Origin: an uncultured Clostridia bacterium
GTDB lineage: Bacteria; Bacillota; Clostridia; Christensenellales; CAG-917
Direction of reading: 5' to 3'
DNA length: 64,000 bases
Assembly (NCBI GenBank): GCA_949283145.1
Contig: CASDRL010000009.1
Coordinates: 1,283 to 65,282, forward strand
Part shown: positions 19,472 through 30,966 of the stretch, in pieces
Layout of the letters: every line of letters starts with the position of its first letter
How positions within the stretch are numbered: the stretch's first letter is position 1
Translations under genes and position numbers: made by a program
The notes under the pieces: model-generated
Told to the model about the DNA's origin: nothing
Database searches by the model: none
Seen by the model: the letters and a program-made list of their open reading frames with translations, nothing else

Positions 19472-21280
19472 ATGAAAAAGAAGGTCATTGCCGCGGTGCT
19501 CGTCATCGCGCTGTTGGCTTGCTGCGTAGCGGCGCTCGCCGCCTGCAACAAGAATGAAGGGGAGCGCAAGACGGAGATCGTCTATCTCGGCGACTCCATC
19601 GCGGAGGGCATCCTCGGGGCGTCACCTCTCGGGCTCAGACACGAATATGCCTACGCCAACGTCATCGGCAGAAGGAACGATTATACCTATTACAACCATT
19701 CCGTTTCCGGGCATCTGACGAAAGATCTCAGAGCCATCCTCGAAAACACCGACCTCGACTACGACAGGGCGCGCGGCTTGTTGCTTCATGTCGGCGAGGC
19801 GGACATCATCCACATCTCCATCCTCGGCAACGACGTGTTGCAGGACAGGGTCGACGGCGCGTTCGAGAAGGAGCCCGTCACCATGCACAACATCATCCTG
19901 GAAGCGGCGAAGGAAGAGCCCGAATACACCTCCATCGACCGTGTCCTTAACGGATATACCGCGGACGGCGTGACCACCGCCGGTTCGGTGGAAAACATCA
20001 AAGCGATCGTGGACGCTCTGAGAAGGCTCAACCCCGACGCGCTCATCATCTTCCAGTCCGTCTACAACCCCATCATGGATGTCGACACCCCCCTCATCAA
20101 GCAGGAGACGCGCGACGCTCTCACGGCGGCGGGATTCGAGATCACTCTCGACAGTCTGCATCGCCTCGGCGATCTGCTCATCGAGAGGCTGAACAGCGCG
20201 CTCACCACGGTGCTTGCGACGGAAGGCTATGAGAACTCTTTCGTCATCGCCGACGGGCACGCGGCATTCAATGCGGTCTACAACGCCGATCCTTCCCGCG
20301 CGGAAGGGCTCATCTATCCCGACGGCATCCATCCCTCCAACGAGGGGCACGCCGTGCTCGCCGATCTCACGCAGGGAATCCTCGAGGAGCGCGGTCTTGC
20401 GGACAAGGGCTCCGCTTTGCAGGAATATAAGACCATGCGCAAGAACGTTCTCGTCAATTACTTCGCCGAGAGCGGAGCGGATGTCGCCGCGGCGAGCGCC
20501 GCCATCGACGGGGCGGCGGACTGCGCTGCCGTGACTAAAGCGTTCTTTGACGCGACGCGCGGCGTCACTCCCGACTATTCCGAGATAAACGGCGACTTCG
20601 CCTCCCGCGACACCCGCACCGTGGACAGCGACATCAGCTTCAAGATAGATTGGGATAAGACTTCCATCGGGGTGTTGCCGGAAGGCATCGACGCTTTGCT
20701 GCCTATGGCTATCGCGTCCACTACATCCGGAGTGACGCTCAGGGCTGACGGGACGATCAGCATCGAGCTCAGATTGAGTTCTATGGTAAGCGGTTTTCTC
20801 GGCAATTATGGCGGGCTGGCAGGGCTTATAGGAGGGTTGGATCTCACCTTCCTTGACACCTATCTCACACCCATCATGCCGGGCTTCGATTTCGATGACA
20901 TCCTCGCATCGCTGGAACTTGCCGAGGCTGCCCTCGGCGTGAAATTCGTTGCGGATGTCCCCGAGGCGGAACTCAACGCCTTCCTCGAAGGTCTCGCGGC
21001 GCTGCTGAAGAGCGCGATCTATCCCGAGACGGGCAGCGCGGATGTCACCGAACTGGCGATCCCGGATGGACTCGGGCTGGTCATCGAGAGCACTTATACG
21101 CTGAAAGAAGTCGCCTATCCCGACGGCACGACTTATACTGCCATCTGTCTCACCCCCTCCGACCCCGACACGCAGCCCTACCTCGTGTTCTCTCTCTACG
21201 AGAACGAATACGGCGAACAGACGCTGAATGCGATGGTGGACTTTGTCAAGCTCAGTCTCACTCTGATCGAGAGAGTATAA
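19472..21280 (+). CDS. SGNH/GDSL hydrolase-domain lipoprotein
   Basis: Lipobox 'LAACNK'. Block I 'VYLGDSIAEG' and block V 'DGIHPSNEGH'. A long C-terminal extension is uncharacterised. Confidence 0.75.
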   Translation: MKKKVIAAVLVIALLACCVAALAACNKNEGERKTEIVYLGDSIAEGILGASPLGLRHEYAYANVIGRRNDYTYYNHSVSGHLTKDLRAILENTDLDYDRARGLLLHVGEADIIHISILGNDVLQDRVDGAFEKEPVTMHNIILEAAKEEPEYTSIDRVLNGYTADGVTTAGSVENIKAIVDALRRLNPDALIIFQSVYNPIMDVDTPLIKQETRDALTAAGFEITLDSLHRLGDLLIERLNSALTTVLATEGYENSFVIADGHAAFNAVYNADPSRAEGLIYPDGIHPSNEGHAVLADLTQGILEERGLADKGSALQEYKTMRKNVLVNYFAESGADVAAASAAIDGAADCAAVTKAFFDATRGVTPDYSEINGDFASRDTRTVDSDISFKIDWDKTSIGVLPEGIDALLPMAIASTTSGVTLRADGTISIELRLSSMVSGFLGNYGGLAGLIGGLDLTFLDTYLTPIMPGFDFDDILASLELAEAALGVKFVADVPEAELNAFLEGLAALLKSAIYPETGSADVTELAIPDGLGLVIESTYTLKEVAYPDGTTYTAICLTPSDPDTQPYLVFSLYENEYGEQTLNAMVDFVKLSLTLIERV

Positions 21281-21306
21281 GGCACGCTGCGACGACAGAC
21301 ACCGAA

Positions 21307-21334
21307 GCGCCCGCTCATCCGAGCGGGCGCTTTT
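21307..21334 (+). terminator. Intrinsic terminator
   Basis: gcgcccgctc-atcc-gagcgggcgc (10-bp perfect stem) followed by tttt. Confidence 0.75.
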
Positions 21335-21491
21335 CGTACGGCGTCCGCCGTTGTGCGATCGGATAAGGCAGAGTTGTCCCATGTGCGGCGGCAGCGGCAG
21401 CGCGGATGTTATGCCACGATCAGAGCCTGCCGTATTTCTCCTTTGCGGCAAGAGGATTGAAAATTCCCGCACGGCGTGTTAAAATCACGGT

Positions 21492-22289
21492 ATGAAAAGG
21501 ACGAAGACGGGTGCAAAAGTCAATCTTTCCCTTGCGATCACGGGGAAACGGGACGGGCTGCACACGCTTGATATGCGGGTGTGCACCGTTTCGCTTTTCG
21601 ACGGTGCGGAACTCCTCGCGGGCGAGGGGGAGCGTTTCGTCTTCCGCTCCGTGCCCGACGGGTTCGAGCAGGAAAGGTTCATCCCCCGTCTTGAAGATGT
21701 GTATGCCAAGTTGCAGGCGGCGTTCGGCGGAAGTCCCCGTTTCGCATTGGATAAGGGCATCTCTTCGGGGGCGGGGCTGGGCGGATCGTCCGCGCTCGCC
21801 GCGTGTATGGCGAGGCTGTGGGCGGCGGAGAGCGGCGTCATGCCGAGCGAAGACTTGCTCCTTTCTCTCGGTTCCGACGTGCCGTATATGTACCGCGGTG
21901 GCGACGCGCGGGTCACTGGAGTGGGCGAACGAGTGCAGCCGCTGCCTTTTTGCGGGCGCGAGGTGCTCATCCTCTTCCCGGAGGGCGAGGTGGATACAGC
22001 GTCGGCTTATGCGGAGTACGACCGCATGAAGGCGGCGGGAGAGCTGCCCGAGAGGACGGGGGAGTTTTTCAACGATCTCTTTGCGCCCGCGGTGCGACTG
22101 AATGCAAGAGTGGGCGAGGCGTACGACAGGCTGCGTGCCGCAGGTGCCCGGAATGTCGTCATGACGGGGAGCGGCAGTGCGGTGTGCGCATTCCCGGAGA
22201 GCGAAGATGAGTGTGCCGGGCTCTTTGCCGCGACGGAAGGTTTCCGCAGGGTGAGAGTGCGCACCATGCCCGCATACGACGGAAATTAA
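21492..22289 (+). CDS. ispE: 4-(cytidine 5'-diphospho)-2-C-methyl-D-erythritol kinase
   Basis: 'KVNLSLAITGKRDGLHTLDM', GHMP motif 'GAGLGGSSALAA', and 'MTGSGSAVCAF'. Confidence 0.9.
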   Translation: MKRTKTGAKVNLSLAITGKRDGLHTLDMRVCTVSLFDGAELLAGEGERFVFRSVPDGFEQERFIPRLEDVYAKLQAAFGGSPRFALDKGISSGAGLGGSSALAACMARLWAAESGVMPSEDLLLSLGSDVPYMYRGGDARVTGVGERVQPLPFCGREVLILFPEGEVDTASAYAEYDRMKAAGELPERTGEFFNDLFAPAVRLNARVGEAYDRLRAAGARNVVMTGSGSAVCAFPESEDECAGLFAATEGFRRVRVRTMPAYDGN

Positions 22290-22386
22290 ACTCGCCATTT
22301 GCGCGAAAACCCTCTCAAAAAGCACAATTTGCGACATCCGCTCACATCCCGAAGGGCGGATTTGTCAATTTTTCCCGTTTTCCCTC

Positions 22387-22415
22387 TTGTGTGCGCGCGT
22401 ATAGTTTGTTATAAT
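22387..22415 (+). promoter_or_regulatory. Possible extended -10 promoter of the glg operon
   Basis: TTGTGT (22387-22392), a 17-nt spacer, then TGtTATAAT (22407-22415), about 40 nt upstream of the glgB ATG. Confidence 0.4.
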
Positions 22416-22454
22416 AATATCGCAAAACCGCAAATACATTTCGGAGATCAGCTC

Positions 22455-24347
22455 ATGTCCTCTACGCCGGACAGCTACGCAACTTATCTTTTTCACGAGG
22501 GCACCAACTATCAGGCGCACAAGATGTTTTCGCCCGTGCCCGCCGTCGAGAACGGCACGGAAGGGTGGAATTTTGCCGTATGGGCACCCAACGCGGCGGC
22601 AGTCTCCGTCGTGGGCGAATTCAACGGCTGGGACAAAACGGCGCATCCCATGAAGGAAGACGGCGGCATATGGTCGCTGTTCATTCCCGGGCTCAAACAG
22701 TACGACACCTATAAGTACGCCGTCACGGACAAGAAGGGCAGGACGGTGTTCAAGTGCGACCCATACGGGCTGCATTTCGAGACGGCGCCCGCCAACGCCT
22801 CCAAACTCTACGACATCTCCGGTTACCGCTGGAAGGACCGCAAGTGGATGAAGGAGAGGCAGGACTACAATCCCTACGGCTCTCCGATGAACATCTACGA
22901 GGTGCACGCGGGGAGCTGGCGCAGATATCAGGACGGCAATCTGCTCAGCTACGCCGCACTTGCGGATCAGCTCATCCCCTATCTCAAAAAGATGGGATAC
23001 ACGCACGTGGAGCTCATGCCCGTGACGGAATATCCCTTTGACGGGAGCTGGGGCTATCAGGTGACGGGGATGTTCGCCCCCACCTCCCGCTACGGCACTC
23101 CGCACGACTTTATGGAGTTCGTCGACCGCTGTCACCGTTCCGGGATAGGCGTCATCCTGGACTGGGTGCTTGCGCACTTCCCCCGCGACGAGCACGGTCT
23201 GGCGATGTTTGACGGCACTCCGCTCTACGAGTACGCCGATCCGCGCAAAGGGGAGCACAAGGAGTGGGGCACCAAGGTCTACGACTTCGGCAAAAACGAG
23301 GTGAAGAGTTTCCTCATCTCGGCGGCGATGTTCTGGTTCGACGAATACCACATCGACGGCATCCGCTGCGACGCGGTGGCGAGCATGCTCTATCTCGACT
23401 ACGGCAGGAAGGACGGGGAGTGGACCCCCAACATTTACGGCGGCAACTATAATCTCGAGGCAAAAGAGTTCTTGCAGAAGATGAACACCGCCATCCTCAG
23501 CAAACACCGCGGCGCAGTCACGATCGCGGAGGAGTCCACGGCGTTCCCGATGGTGACGCTGCCCGCCTATCAGGGGGGCTTGGGCTTCAACTTCAAGTGG
23601 AATATGGGCTGGATGAACGACAGCCTGCATTATCTTGCGCTCGACCCCTTCTTCAGAAAGGACAATCACAACGACCTGACTTTTGCCATCACTTACGCTT
23701 ATTCGGAGAACTACATCCTCCCCATCTCCCACGACGAGGTGGTGCACGGCAAGGGGAGCATGATCGGCAAAGTCCCCGGCGATTACGACCAGAAGTTCGA
23801 GGGGCTGAAAGCGTTCTACGGCTTCATGATGGGACACCCCGGCAAGAAGCTCAACTTCATGGGCAACGAGTTCGCGCAGTTCATAGAGTGGAACTACGCG
23901 CAGGAGCTGGACTGGTTCCTCTTGGATTATCCCCGACACCGCACTTTCCGCAAGTTCATACAGGACCTCAACGCATTCTATCTCGAAAACAAGTGCATGT
24001 GGCAGCTGGATTGCAGCTTTGACGGCTTTAAGTGGATCGTGGTGGACGACAACAGACAGAACATCGTCTCTTTCATCCGCCGCGACGCGGACGGAGACTA
24101 TGTGATCTGCGTGGTCAACTTCTCGCCCGTGGAGAGGAAAAAGTATGTCATGGGCGTGCCCGAAAACAAGATCTACAAGGCGGAGCTGACGTCCGCTTTG
24201 AAAAAATACGGCGGGGCGGAGGAGAGACGTCCGTCTTTCCGCGCCGTGGGGAAGCCGTCGCACGGCTATCCCTGTTCCGTCAAACTGAACATACCGGCAA
24301 ATTCGGTCATGTTCCTGAGAGCGGTAAATAAGGAGGAAAAGAAATGA
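22455..24347 (+). CDS. glgB: 1,4-alpha-glucan branching enzyme
   Basis: GH13 blocks '[11 protein letters not shown]', '[12 protein letters not shown]', 'TIAEEST' and '[12 protein letters not shown]'. Start placed at ATG 22455 (GGAGA RBS) rather than the track's 22299. Confidence 0.95.
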   Translation: MSSTPDSYATYLFHEGTNYQAHKMFSPVPAVENGTEGWNFAVWAPNAAAVSVVGEFNGWDKTAHPMKEDGGIWSLFIPGLKQYDTYKYAVTDKKGRTVFKCDPYGLHFETAPANASKLYDISGYRWKDRKWMKERQDYNPYGSPMNIYEVHAGSWRRYQDGNLLSYAALADQLIPYLKKMGYTHVELMPVTEYPFDGSWGYQVTGMFAPTSRYGTPHDFMEFVDRCHRSGIGVILDWVLAHFPRDEHGLAMFDGTPLYEYADPRKGEHKEWGTKVYDFGKNEVKSFLISAAMFWFDEYHIDGIRCDAVASMLYLDYGRKDGEWTPNIYGGNYNLEAKEFLQKMNTAILSKHRGAVTIAEESTAFPMVTLPAYQGGLGFNFKWNMGWMNDSLHYLALDPFFRKDNHNDLTFAITYAYSENYILPISHDEVVHGKGSMIGKVPGDYDQKFEGLKAFYGFMMGHPGKKLNFMGNEFAQFIEWNYAQELDWFLLDYPRHRTFRKFIQDLNAFYLENKCMWQLDCSFDGFKWIVVDDNRQNIVSFIRRDADGDYVICVVNFSPVERKKYVMGVPENKIYKAELTSALKKYGGAEERRPSFRAVGKPSHGYPCSVKLNIPANSVMFLRAVNKEEKK

Positions 24348-25549
24348 AAAAATCCGTCAAGAAGGAATGCATCGCCATGCTGCTTGCGGGCGGGCAGGGG
24401 ACAAGGCTGGGGGTGCTCACCAAGGATGTGGCAAAACCCGCCGTGCCGTTTGCGGCGAAGTACCGCATCATCGACTTCCCCCTCTCCAACTGCATCAACA
24501 GCGGCATCGACACGGTGGGGGTGCTGACGCAATATCAGCCCTTCGAGCTCAACCAATACATCGGCAACGGGCAGCCCTGGGACCTGGACAGACTCTCCGG
24601 CGGTATCTTCGTCCTGCCCCCGTTCATGCGCGCGAAATCCGGCGAATGGTATAAGGGCACGGCGAACGCCATTTATCAGAACATAGCGTTTATCGACGAT
24701 TATAATCCCGATTATGTGCTTATTCTGTCGGGTGACCACATCTACAAGATGGATTACGCCGAAATGCTCGCTTCCCACAAGAAGAACCGAGCGGACTGCA
24801 CCATCGCCGTCCGCGACGTCCCCATCGAAGAGGCGAGCCGCTTCGGCATCATGAACCTCAAAAAGAACGGGGAGATATATGAGTTCGAGGAAAAGCCCAA
24901 ACAGCCCAAGAGCAACAAGGCGTCCATGGGCATCTATGTCTTCACGTGGAGCGTGCTGAGGAAATATCTCGTGGAGGACGAGGAGAACAAGGAGTCCGAC
25001 AACGACTTCGGCAAGAACATCATCCCCAAGATGATCGCGGACGGGATGAGGATGTTTGCCTATCAGTTCGACGGCTACTGGAAGGATGTCGGCACCATCT
25101 CTTCCCTCTGGGAAGCCAACATGGACGTGCTGAAAGGGGGCTCCGCGGCGGAGGACCTCGACCTTGACGACGAGGGCTGGAAGATCTATGCGAGAAATAT
25201 GGCGGAACCGCCCCAATTCATCTCTCCGACGGGCAGAGTGCAGAACTGTCTCATCTCCGAAGGTACGGTGGTGCACGGTACGGTGAAGGACAGCATCGTC
25301 TCGCATTCCGCCACGATAGGCAAGAACGCATATGTGGAAGGCTCGATCATCATGCCCGGCGCGGTGGTGGAAGAGGGCGCGGATGTGCGCTATTCCATCG
25401 TGGGCTGGGACGCCGTGGTCGGCAAGGGCTGCATGGTGGGAGAGACCCTTTCCGAGTGCAAGCCCGGAGAGTGGAAGATCAGCGTCATCGCACCCGGCTA
25501 CGAACTGCCCGAGGGCAGCGTGGTCGGCGCAAACGAAATGATAGGATAA
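24344..25549 (+). CDS. glgC: Glucose-1-phosphate adenylyltransferase
   Basis: '[15 protein letters not shown]...[26 protein letters not shown]' and '[12 protein letters not shown]'. Confidence 0.95.
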   Translation: MKKSVKKECIAMLLAGGQGTRLGVLTKDVAKPAVPFAAKYRIIDFPLSNCINSGIDTVGVLTQYQPFELNQYIGNGQPWDLDRLSGGIFVLPPFMRAKSGEWYKGTANAIYQNIAFIDDYNPDYVLILSGDHIYKMDYAEMLASHKKNRADCTIAVRDVPIEEASRFGIMNLKKNGEIYEFEEKPKQPKSNKASMGIYVFTWSVLRKYLVEDEENKESDNDFGKNIIPKMIADGMRMFAYQFDGYWKDVGTISSLWEANMDVLKGGSAAEDLDLDDEGWKIYARNMAEPPQFISPTGRVQNCLISEGTVVHGTVKDSIVSHSATIGKNAYVEGSIIMPGAVVEEGADVRYSIVGWDAVVGKGCMVGETLSECKPGEWKISVIAPGYELPEGSVVGANEMIG

Positions 25550-25559
25550 GGAGGGGACC

Positions 25560-26675
25560 ATGAAAAACAACGCACTCGCCGTTTTGTTCGCGTCCGACGA
25601 GGACAGCCATCTCAACGACCTGACGATACACCGCACGACGGCGTCGCTTCCGTATGCGGGCAGGTACCGTCTCATCGACTTCGTGCTCTCCAACCTCGTC
25701 CACGCCAACATCACCAAGATCGGCATCATCACCAAGAACAACTACAACAGCCTGATGGACCACATCCGTCAGGGGCGCGACTGGGACCTCAACCGCAAGA
25801 ACGGCGGCATTTCGGTCTATCCTCCCTTCGTGTTCAATTCCGCGCACGAGGTGTACAAGGGGAAGATAGAGGCGCTGTATATGCTGCGCGGCTTTATGCT
25901 CAAATCCGCGGAGGACTATGTCGTCATCAGCAATACGAACATCGCCTTCAACATCGACTTCGACGAAGTGGCTAAGTTCCATCAGGAGAAGGGCGCGGAC
26001 ATCACCATGCTCACGTACAGCACGGAGGACGTGACTCCGAGAAAGCTGGTGGTCACCGCCGACAAAAACAAGCGCATAAAGGACCTGCATTTCCCCGTCA
26101 CGACGGACACGGGCAGGCAGCTTTGCAACCTCAACATCTACTATATCAAGAAGGATCTGCTCATCTCGCTCATAGACAACGCCTATGCGCACGGCGCATA
26201 CGATTTCGAAAAGGACATCGTGCGCGCGGGGCTGGACGACCTCTATGTCATGAGCTATGAGATCGAGAATTATGTCGCGGTCATAGACCGCATCCCCACC
26301 TACTTCAAGCGCAGCATGGATCTGCTCGATCCCGCGGTGAGGGAGGATCTGTTTTACAGCCACTCCACCATCCTCACCAAAGTCAAAGACAGCGTGCCGA
26401 CCAAGTATAAAGAAGGGGCGAACGTGCACAATTCCATCATTGCGGACGGCTGCGAGATCGACGGCACGGTGGAGAACAGCATCCTCTTCCGAAGCGTGAA
26501 AGTGGGCAAGGGCGCCGTCATCCGCAACTCCATCGTCATGGAGAACGGCATAGTGATGGAGAACGCGCAGCTCGACTACGTCATCACCGACAAGTCCTGC
26601 ATCATACAATCGGGCAGAAGGCTCGCAGGCTATGAGAGCTATCCGATGGTCGTTGTCAAAAACAAGATCATCTGA
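25560..26675 (+). CDS. glgD: Glucose-1-phosphate adenylyltransferase, GlgD subunit
   Basis: GlgC paralogue lacking the GGxGxRL loop ('LFASDEDSHLNDLT...SLPYAGRYRLIDFVLSN'). Its position after glgC is typical of Firmicutes. Confidence 0.9.
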   Translation: MKNNALAVLFASDEDSHLNDLTIHRTTASLPYAGRYRLIDFVLSNLVHANITKIGIITKNNYNSLMDHIRQGRDWDLNRKNGGISVYPPFVFNSAHEVYKGKIEALYMLRGFMLKSAEDYVVISNTNIAFNIDFDEVAKFHQEKGADITMLTYSTEDVTPRKLVVTADKNKRIKDLHFPVTTDTGRQLCNLNIYYIKKDLLISLIDNAYAHGAYDFEKDIVRAGLDDLYVMSYEIENYVAVIDRIPTYFKRSMDLLDPAVREDLFYSHSTILTKVKDSVPTKYKEGANVHNSIIADGCEIDGTVENSILFRSVKVGKGAVIRNSIVMENGIVMENAQLDYVITDKSCIIQSGRRLAGYESYPMVVVKNKII

Positions 26676-26738
26676 CACCCGGGCACCCGCGCGAGCGGAC
26701 AACGGACCCGGAACCTCGGCAATAAGGAGGAACACAAA

Positions 26739-28160
26739 ATGAAGATCTTATTCGTCGCATCCGAAGCCGCGCCTTTCGTGAGATCGGGAGGTCTCGGCGA
26801 CGTGGCGGGCGCGCTGCCGAAGGCGTTCAACAAGCTGGGGCACGACGCGCGCGTCATCATACCTTTTTACAAGGAAGAGATCAAGGAGAATTTCCGCAAC
26901 GGGATGCGCTTTCTCGGCTCCACCTATGTGGACCTCAGCTGGCGCAGACAGTATGTTGGGGTATACGAGGCGGTCTATGACGGCGTGACGTACTACTTCA
27001 TCGACAACGAGTTCTACTTCAAGCGCAGGGGACTGTACGGACACTTCGACGACGGCGAGAGGTTCGCCTATTTTTCCAAGGCGGTGCCCGAGGTGCTCCC
27101 CCTCATCGGCTTCTTCCCGGACATCCTGCACTGCAACGACTGGCACACGGCGCTGACCCCCGTCTATCTCGATGTCTACTACCGCTTCTCGGAGGAATAC
27201 CGCAACATAAAGACGGTGTTCACCATCCACAACATCGAGTTCCAGGGCAAGTACGGCACCGAGCTGCTTGCGGATGTCATGGGGCTCCCGGAATGGGCGC
27301 ACTCCCTCGTGATGTACGGTGACTGCGTCAACTATATGAAGGGGGGCATCGAGTCTGCCGCCGCGGTGACGACGGTCAGCGAGACCTATGCCACCGAGAT
27401 CCTCGACCCCTATTATTCCTACGGTTTGGAGAGCATCCTCTCCGAGCGCAGGTATAAGCTGCACGGCGTGGTCAACGGCATCGACACCGCCATGTACGAC
27501 CCCAAGACGGACGGCGCGCTCTTTGAGAACTACACCCTCCGCACCTATAACAAGAAGAAGCTGAACAAGAAGGCGCTCTGCGAGATGATAGACCTCGGCT
27601 ACGACGAGAACCGTCCCATGATCGCGATGGTCACCCGCCTCACGGAACAGAAGGGCATGGACCTCGTGGCGGCGGTCATCGACGAGATCATGCGTGCGGA
27701 CGTCCAGATGGTCGTCCTCGGCACGGGGGACTGGAAGTATGAGAACATGATCAAGCGCGTGGAGGATCAATATCCCGCCAAGTTCCGCGCCATACTGCAA
27801 TTCTCCTCCGATCTTGCGAGCAAGCTCTATGCCGCGAGCGACATCTTCCTGATGCCCTCCAAGTTCGAGCCCTGCGGGCTGAGCCAGATGATCGCCATGC
27901 GTTACGGCTCCGTCCCCGTGGTGCGCGAGACGGGCGGTCTCAAAGACACCGTCGAGCCCTACAATCCCGTGGAGAAGACGGGGGTGGGCTTCACCTTCAA
28001 GACCTACAACGCGTACGATATGCTGGACGCGGTGTGGAGAGCGTACGGCACCTTCTTCGACAAGGAGAACTGGAAAGCGGTGGTCTCAAACGGCATGAAG
28101 TCCGACTTCGGCTGGGAGGCGTCCGCAAAGAAGTATATCGACATTTACAACGGCATCTGA
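26739..28160 (+). CDS. glgA: Glycogen synthase (ADP-glucose type)
   Basis: 'MKILFVASEAAPFVRSGGLGDVAGALP' is the KxGGL motif. 'LMPSKFEPCGLSQM' is also present. Confidence 0.95.
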   Translation: MKILFVASEAAPFVRSGGLGDVAGALPKAFNKLGHDARVIIPFYKEEIKENFRNGMRFLGSTYVDLSWRRQYVGVYEAVYDGVTYYFIDNEFYFKRRGLYGHFDDGERFAYFSKAVPEVLPLIGFFPDILHCNDWHTALTPVYLDVYYRFSEEYRNIKTVFTIHNIEFQGKYGTELLADVMGLPEWAHSLVMYGDCVNYMKGGIESAAAVTTVSETYATEILDPYYSYGLESILSERRYKLHGVVNGIDTAMYDPKTDGALFENYTLRTYNKKKLNKKALCEMIDLGYDENRPMIAMVTRLTEQKGMDLVAAVIDEIMRADVQMVVLGTGDWKYENMIKRVEDQYPAKFRAILQFSSDLASKLYAASDIFLMPSKFEPCGLSQMIAMRYGSVPVVRETGGLKDTVEPYNPVEKTGVGFTFKTYNAYDMLDAVWRAYGTFFDKENWKAVVSNGMKSDFGWEASAKKYIDIYNGI

Positions 28161-28456
28161 GTGCCGTGACGGACATGTACCGCGGCGGCGCGGCATATAC
28201 CCGAGAAGTGCGCCCGGCGCGCCCGACCAGAAAGGGAGAGCGCGCAAAGTTTCGGGCGTGTTTCGGAGAAAGTACGCGGCGCGCGATCCATCGCGCCGCC
28301 GCGCATGAAAACGACAAAAACGGACCGCGCGGGAACGCCGTGCGGCCGCTCGGATAAGGAACGGGACATGCGGACGGAAACCCGGAAGCATGAGCGGAAA
28401 TAAAAGAAAAAGAAAGAAACTCTCGACGGGGGAAACGGGAGAAAAAGGGTAATCAA

Positions 28457-30886
28457 ATGGCATCTTACGACATCACAGCAAAAGAGTTCAAGTCTCAGAT
28501 CGTTTCCCTGCTCGCGAGGCTCTTCGGCGTCAAGCCGGAGGAGGCAAGCAAGGCGCAGCTTTACCGCGCCGTCTGCATCGCCGTGCGCGACATCCTGACG
28601 CAGACGCGCGTCAACTTCAAAAAGCGCGTGCGCGAACAGAACGCAAAACAGGTCTATTATATGTCCATGGAGTTCCTGCTCGGCAGGTCTCTCAAGAATC
28701 ACCTTTTCAACATGGGCATCACCGACGAGGTCGCAAAGGCGGTGAAGGCGCTCGGCGCCGACCTCGACGAGCTGTACGCTTTCGAGCCCGATGCGGGGCT
28801 CGGCAACGGCGGTCTCGGCAGGCTCGCCGCGGCGTATATGGACTCCCTCACTTCCGAGGGCTATGCCGCGAGCGGCTTTTCCATCATGTACGACTACGGC
28901 ATCTTCAAGCAGGTCATCGTGGACGGATGGCAGCTCGAACAGCCCGACGATTGGCTCAAAATGGGCGGTGTGTGGCTCTCTCCCCGTCCCGAAGAGACCT
29001 ATGAGGTCAAGTTCGGCGGCGTGGTGGACGAAAATTGGGACAACGGCAGGCTCACCGTCCGTCAGCGCGACTATACGACGGTGCTCGCGGTGCCCTACGA
29101 CATGAACATCTCCGGCTATCACACCGACACCGTCAACCGCATCAGACTGTGGTCGAGCAAGGCGCCCGTGGACTTCGATATGTCCATGTTCTCGAGAGGG
29201 GAGTACGTCAAGGCGAAGGCGGCAAAGGCGATGGCGGAGTCCATCTCCAAGGTGCTTTATCCCGCCGACGACCACATCGAGGGCAAGTCTTTAAGGCTCA
29301 AACAGCAATATTTCTTCGTGTCCGCGTCCATACAGAGCATCATCGCGCGGCACCTCAAGACCAATCCGACGCTTGACAACCTCGCGGATTGCGTCGCCAT
29401 CCACATCAACGACACTCATCCCACCCTCTGCATCCCGGAGCTCATGCGCATCCTTCTCGACGAGTACGGCATGAGCTGGGAGAAGGCGTGGGACATCACC
29501 ACGGGCTGCATCTCCTACACCAACCACACCGTCATGGCGGAGGCGCTCGAAAAGTGGCCGCAGGATCTCTTTCAGACTCTGCTCCCCCGCATCTATCAGA
29601 TCGTGCACGAGATCAATCAGCGCTTCGTGGGCGAGCTGTGGCAGTTCTATCCCTCCAACTGGGACGCCGTCACGAGGAATGCGGTGCTCTCGGAAGGGCA
29701 GATCAAGATGGCGAACCTCTGCCTCGTCACCTCGCACACGATAAACGGCGTCAGCGCGCTGCACTCCGACATCCTGAAGCACGACGTCTTCCGCGACTAC
29801 TACGCGATGCACCCCGAGAAGTTCACCAACGTGACCAACGGCATCACTCACCGCCGCTGGGTGGCGGAGGCGAATCCGGAACTCGCCGCGCTCATCACCG
29901 ATCTCATCGGGGACGGCTGGCTCACGGATGCGGACAAATTGCAGGATCTCATGCGCTATATGGGCGACCGCGACGTCCTCATGAAACTTGCCGACATCAA
30001 GCGCGGCAACAAGGAGAGACTTGCGGCGTACATCAAGGAGGCGAACGGCGTCGCCGTCGATCCGGATTCCATATTCGACGTACAGGTCAAGAGACTGCAT
30101 GAGTACAAGCGTCAGCTGCTGAACGCGTTGCACATCCTCGACCTCTATTTCCGCCTGAAAGAGAACCCCGGTCTCGACATCAAACCCCGTACATTCATCT
30201 TCGGGGCAAAGGCGGCTTCCGCCTACTATATGGCGAAGCAGATCATCCGCCTCATCTGCACCCTCGCCAAGGTCATCAACAACGATCCCGACATCAACGG
30301 CAAGCTCAAAGTGGTCTTCCTCGAAAACTACCGCGTCACTCTGGCGGAGCTCATCATGCCCGCCGCGGAAGTCAGCGAGCAGATCTCCGTCGCGGGCAAG
30401 GAGGCGAGCGGCACCGGCAACATGAAATTCATGATCAACGGCGCTCTCACCGTGGGCACGCTGGACGGCGCCAATGTCGAGATCCACGAGGAAGTGGGCG
30501 ACGAGAACATCTTCCTCTTCGGGCTGCACGCCGACGAGGTGCAGGAGCTTTGGAAGAGGGGATACAACCCCACGCACTATTATCAGACGGACGCCCGCAT
30601 CAAGCGAGTCATCGACGCTCTCCGCCATGGCATCGGCGGGGTGAACTTCTCCGAGATCGCGGACAGCCTCACCATCGGGAGGGGCGGCACTCCGGACGGC
30701 TATATGGTGCTTGCGGACTTCGCGTCCTACTGCGACATCCAGCGTAAGGTGGACGAGGTCTACCGCGATGTCGAGAGGTGGAACCGCATGTCCCTCATCA
30801 ACATCGCCAAGGCGGGCTTCTTCGCCGCAGACCGTGCTGTCAGGGAATACGCCGACAGGATCTGGGGCGTGCAGAAGATCAAATGA
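28457..30886 (+). CDS. glgP: Glycogen/maltodextrin phosphorylase
   Basis: 809 aa. 'GLGNGGLGRLAA' and 'EASGTGNMKFMINGALTVGTLDGANVE' (PLP-lysine region). Confidence 0.95.
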   Translation: MASYDITAKEFKSQIVSLLARLFGVKPEEASKAQLYRAVCIAVRDILTQTRVNFKKRVREQNAKQVYYMSMEFLLGRSLKNHLFNMGITDEVAKAVKALGADLDELYAFEPDAGLGNGGLGRLAAAYMDSLTSEGYAASGFSIMYDYGIFKQVIVDGWQLEQPDDWLKMGGVWLSPRPEETYEVKFGGVVDENWDNGRLTVRQRDYTTVLAVPYDMNISGYHTDTVNRIRLWSSKAPVDFDMSMFSRGEYVKAKAAKAMAESISKVLYPADDHIEGKSLRLKQQYFFVSASIQSIIARHLKTNPTLDNLADCVAIHINDTHPTLCIPELMRILLDEYGMSWEKAWDITTGCISYTNHTVMAEALEKWPQDLFQTLLPRIYQIVHEINQRFVGELWQFYPSNWDAVTRNAVLSEGQIKMANLCLVTSHTINGVSALHSDILKHDVFRDYYAMHPEKFTNVTNGITHRRWVAEANPELAALITDLIGDGWLTDADKLQDLMRYMGDRDVLMKLADIKRGNKERLAAYIKEANGVAVDPDSIFDVQVKRLHEYKRQLLNALHILDLYFRLKENPGLDIKPRTFIFGAKAASAYYMAKQIIRLICTLAKVINNDPDINGKLKVVFLENYRVTLAELIMPAAEVSEQISVAGKEASGTGNMKFMINGALTVGTLDGANVEIHEEVGDENIFLFGLHADEVQELWKRGYNPTHYYQTDARIKRVIDALRHGIGGVNFSEIADSLTIGRGGTPDGYMVLADFASYCDIQRKVDEVYRDVERWNRMSLINIAKAGFFAADRAVREYADRIWGVQKIK

Positions 30887-30894
30887 GATTACGG

Positions 30895-30923
30895 CGCGCC
30901 GCAACAGCGGCGCGCTTTTTTTG
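30895..30923 (+). terminator. Intrinsic terminator after glgP
   Basis: gcgcgccgc-aaca-gcggcgcgc (9-bp perfect stem) followed by ttttttt. Confidence 0.75.
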
Positions 30924-30966
30924 CCCTCTCCGCCGCACGGCGGACGGAGCGGAAAAGGAGGCAGAT

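Noticed and set aside
28161-28456. ~300-nt untranslated gap upstream of glgP, considered as a possible riboswitch or leader.
   Set aside because: I could not recognise any known riboswitch or T-box core, or a convincing terminator/antiterminator pair, by eye. It needs Rfam/Infernal before any claim.
30778-30966. Upstream extension of the GH13 ORF overlapping glgP and its terminator. Similar track extensions exist at 22299-22454 (glgB), 33012-33062, 39825-39851, 54050-54094 and 62233-62313.
   Set aside because: Internal ATGs preceded by GGAGG-type RBS give proteins that start where homologous families start. The extensions cross terminators or upstream coding sequence.
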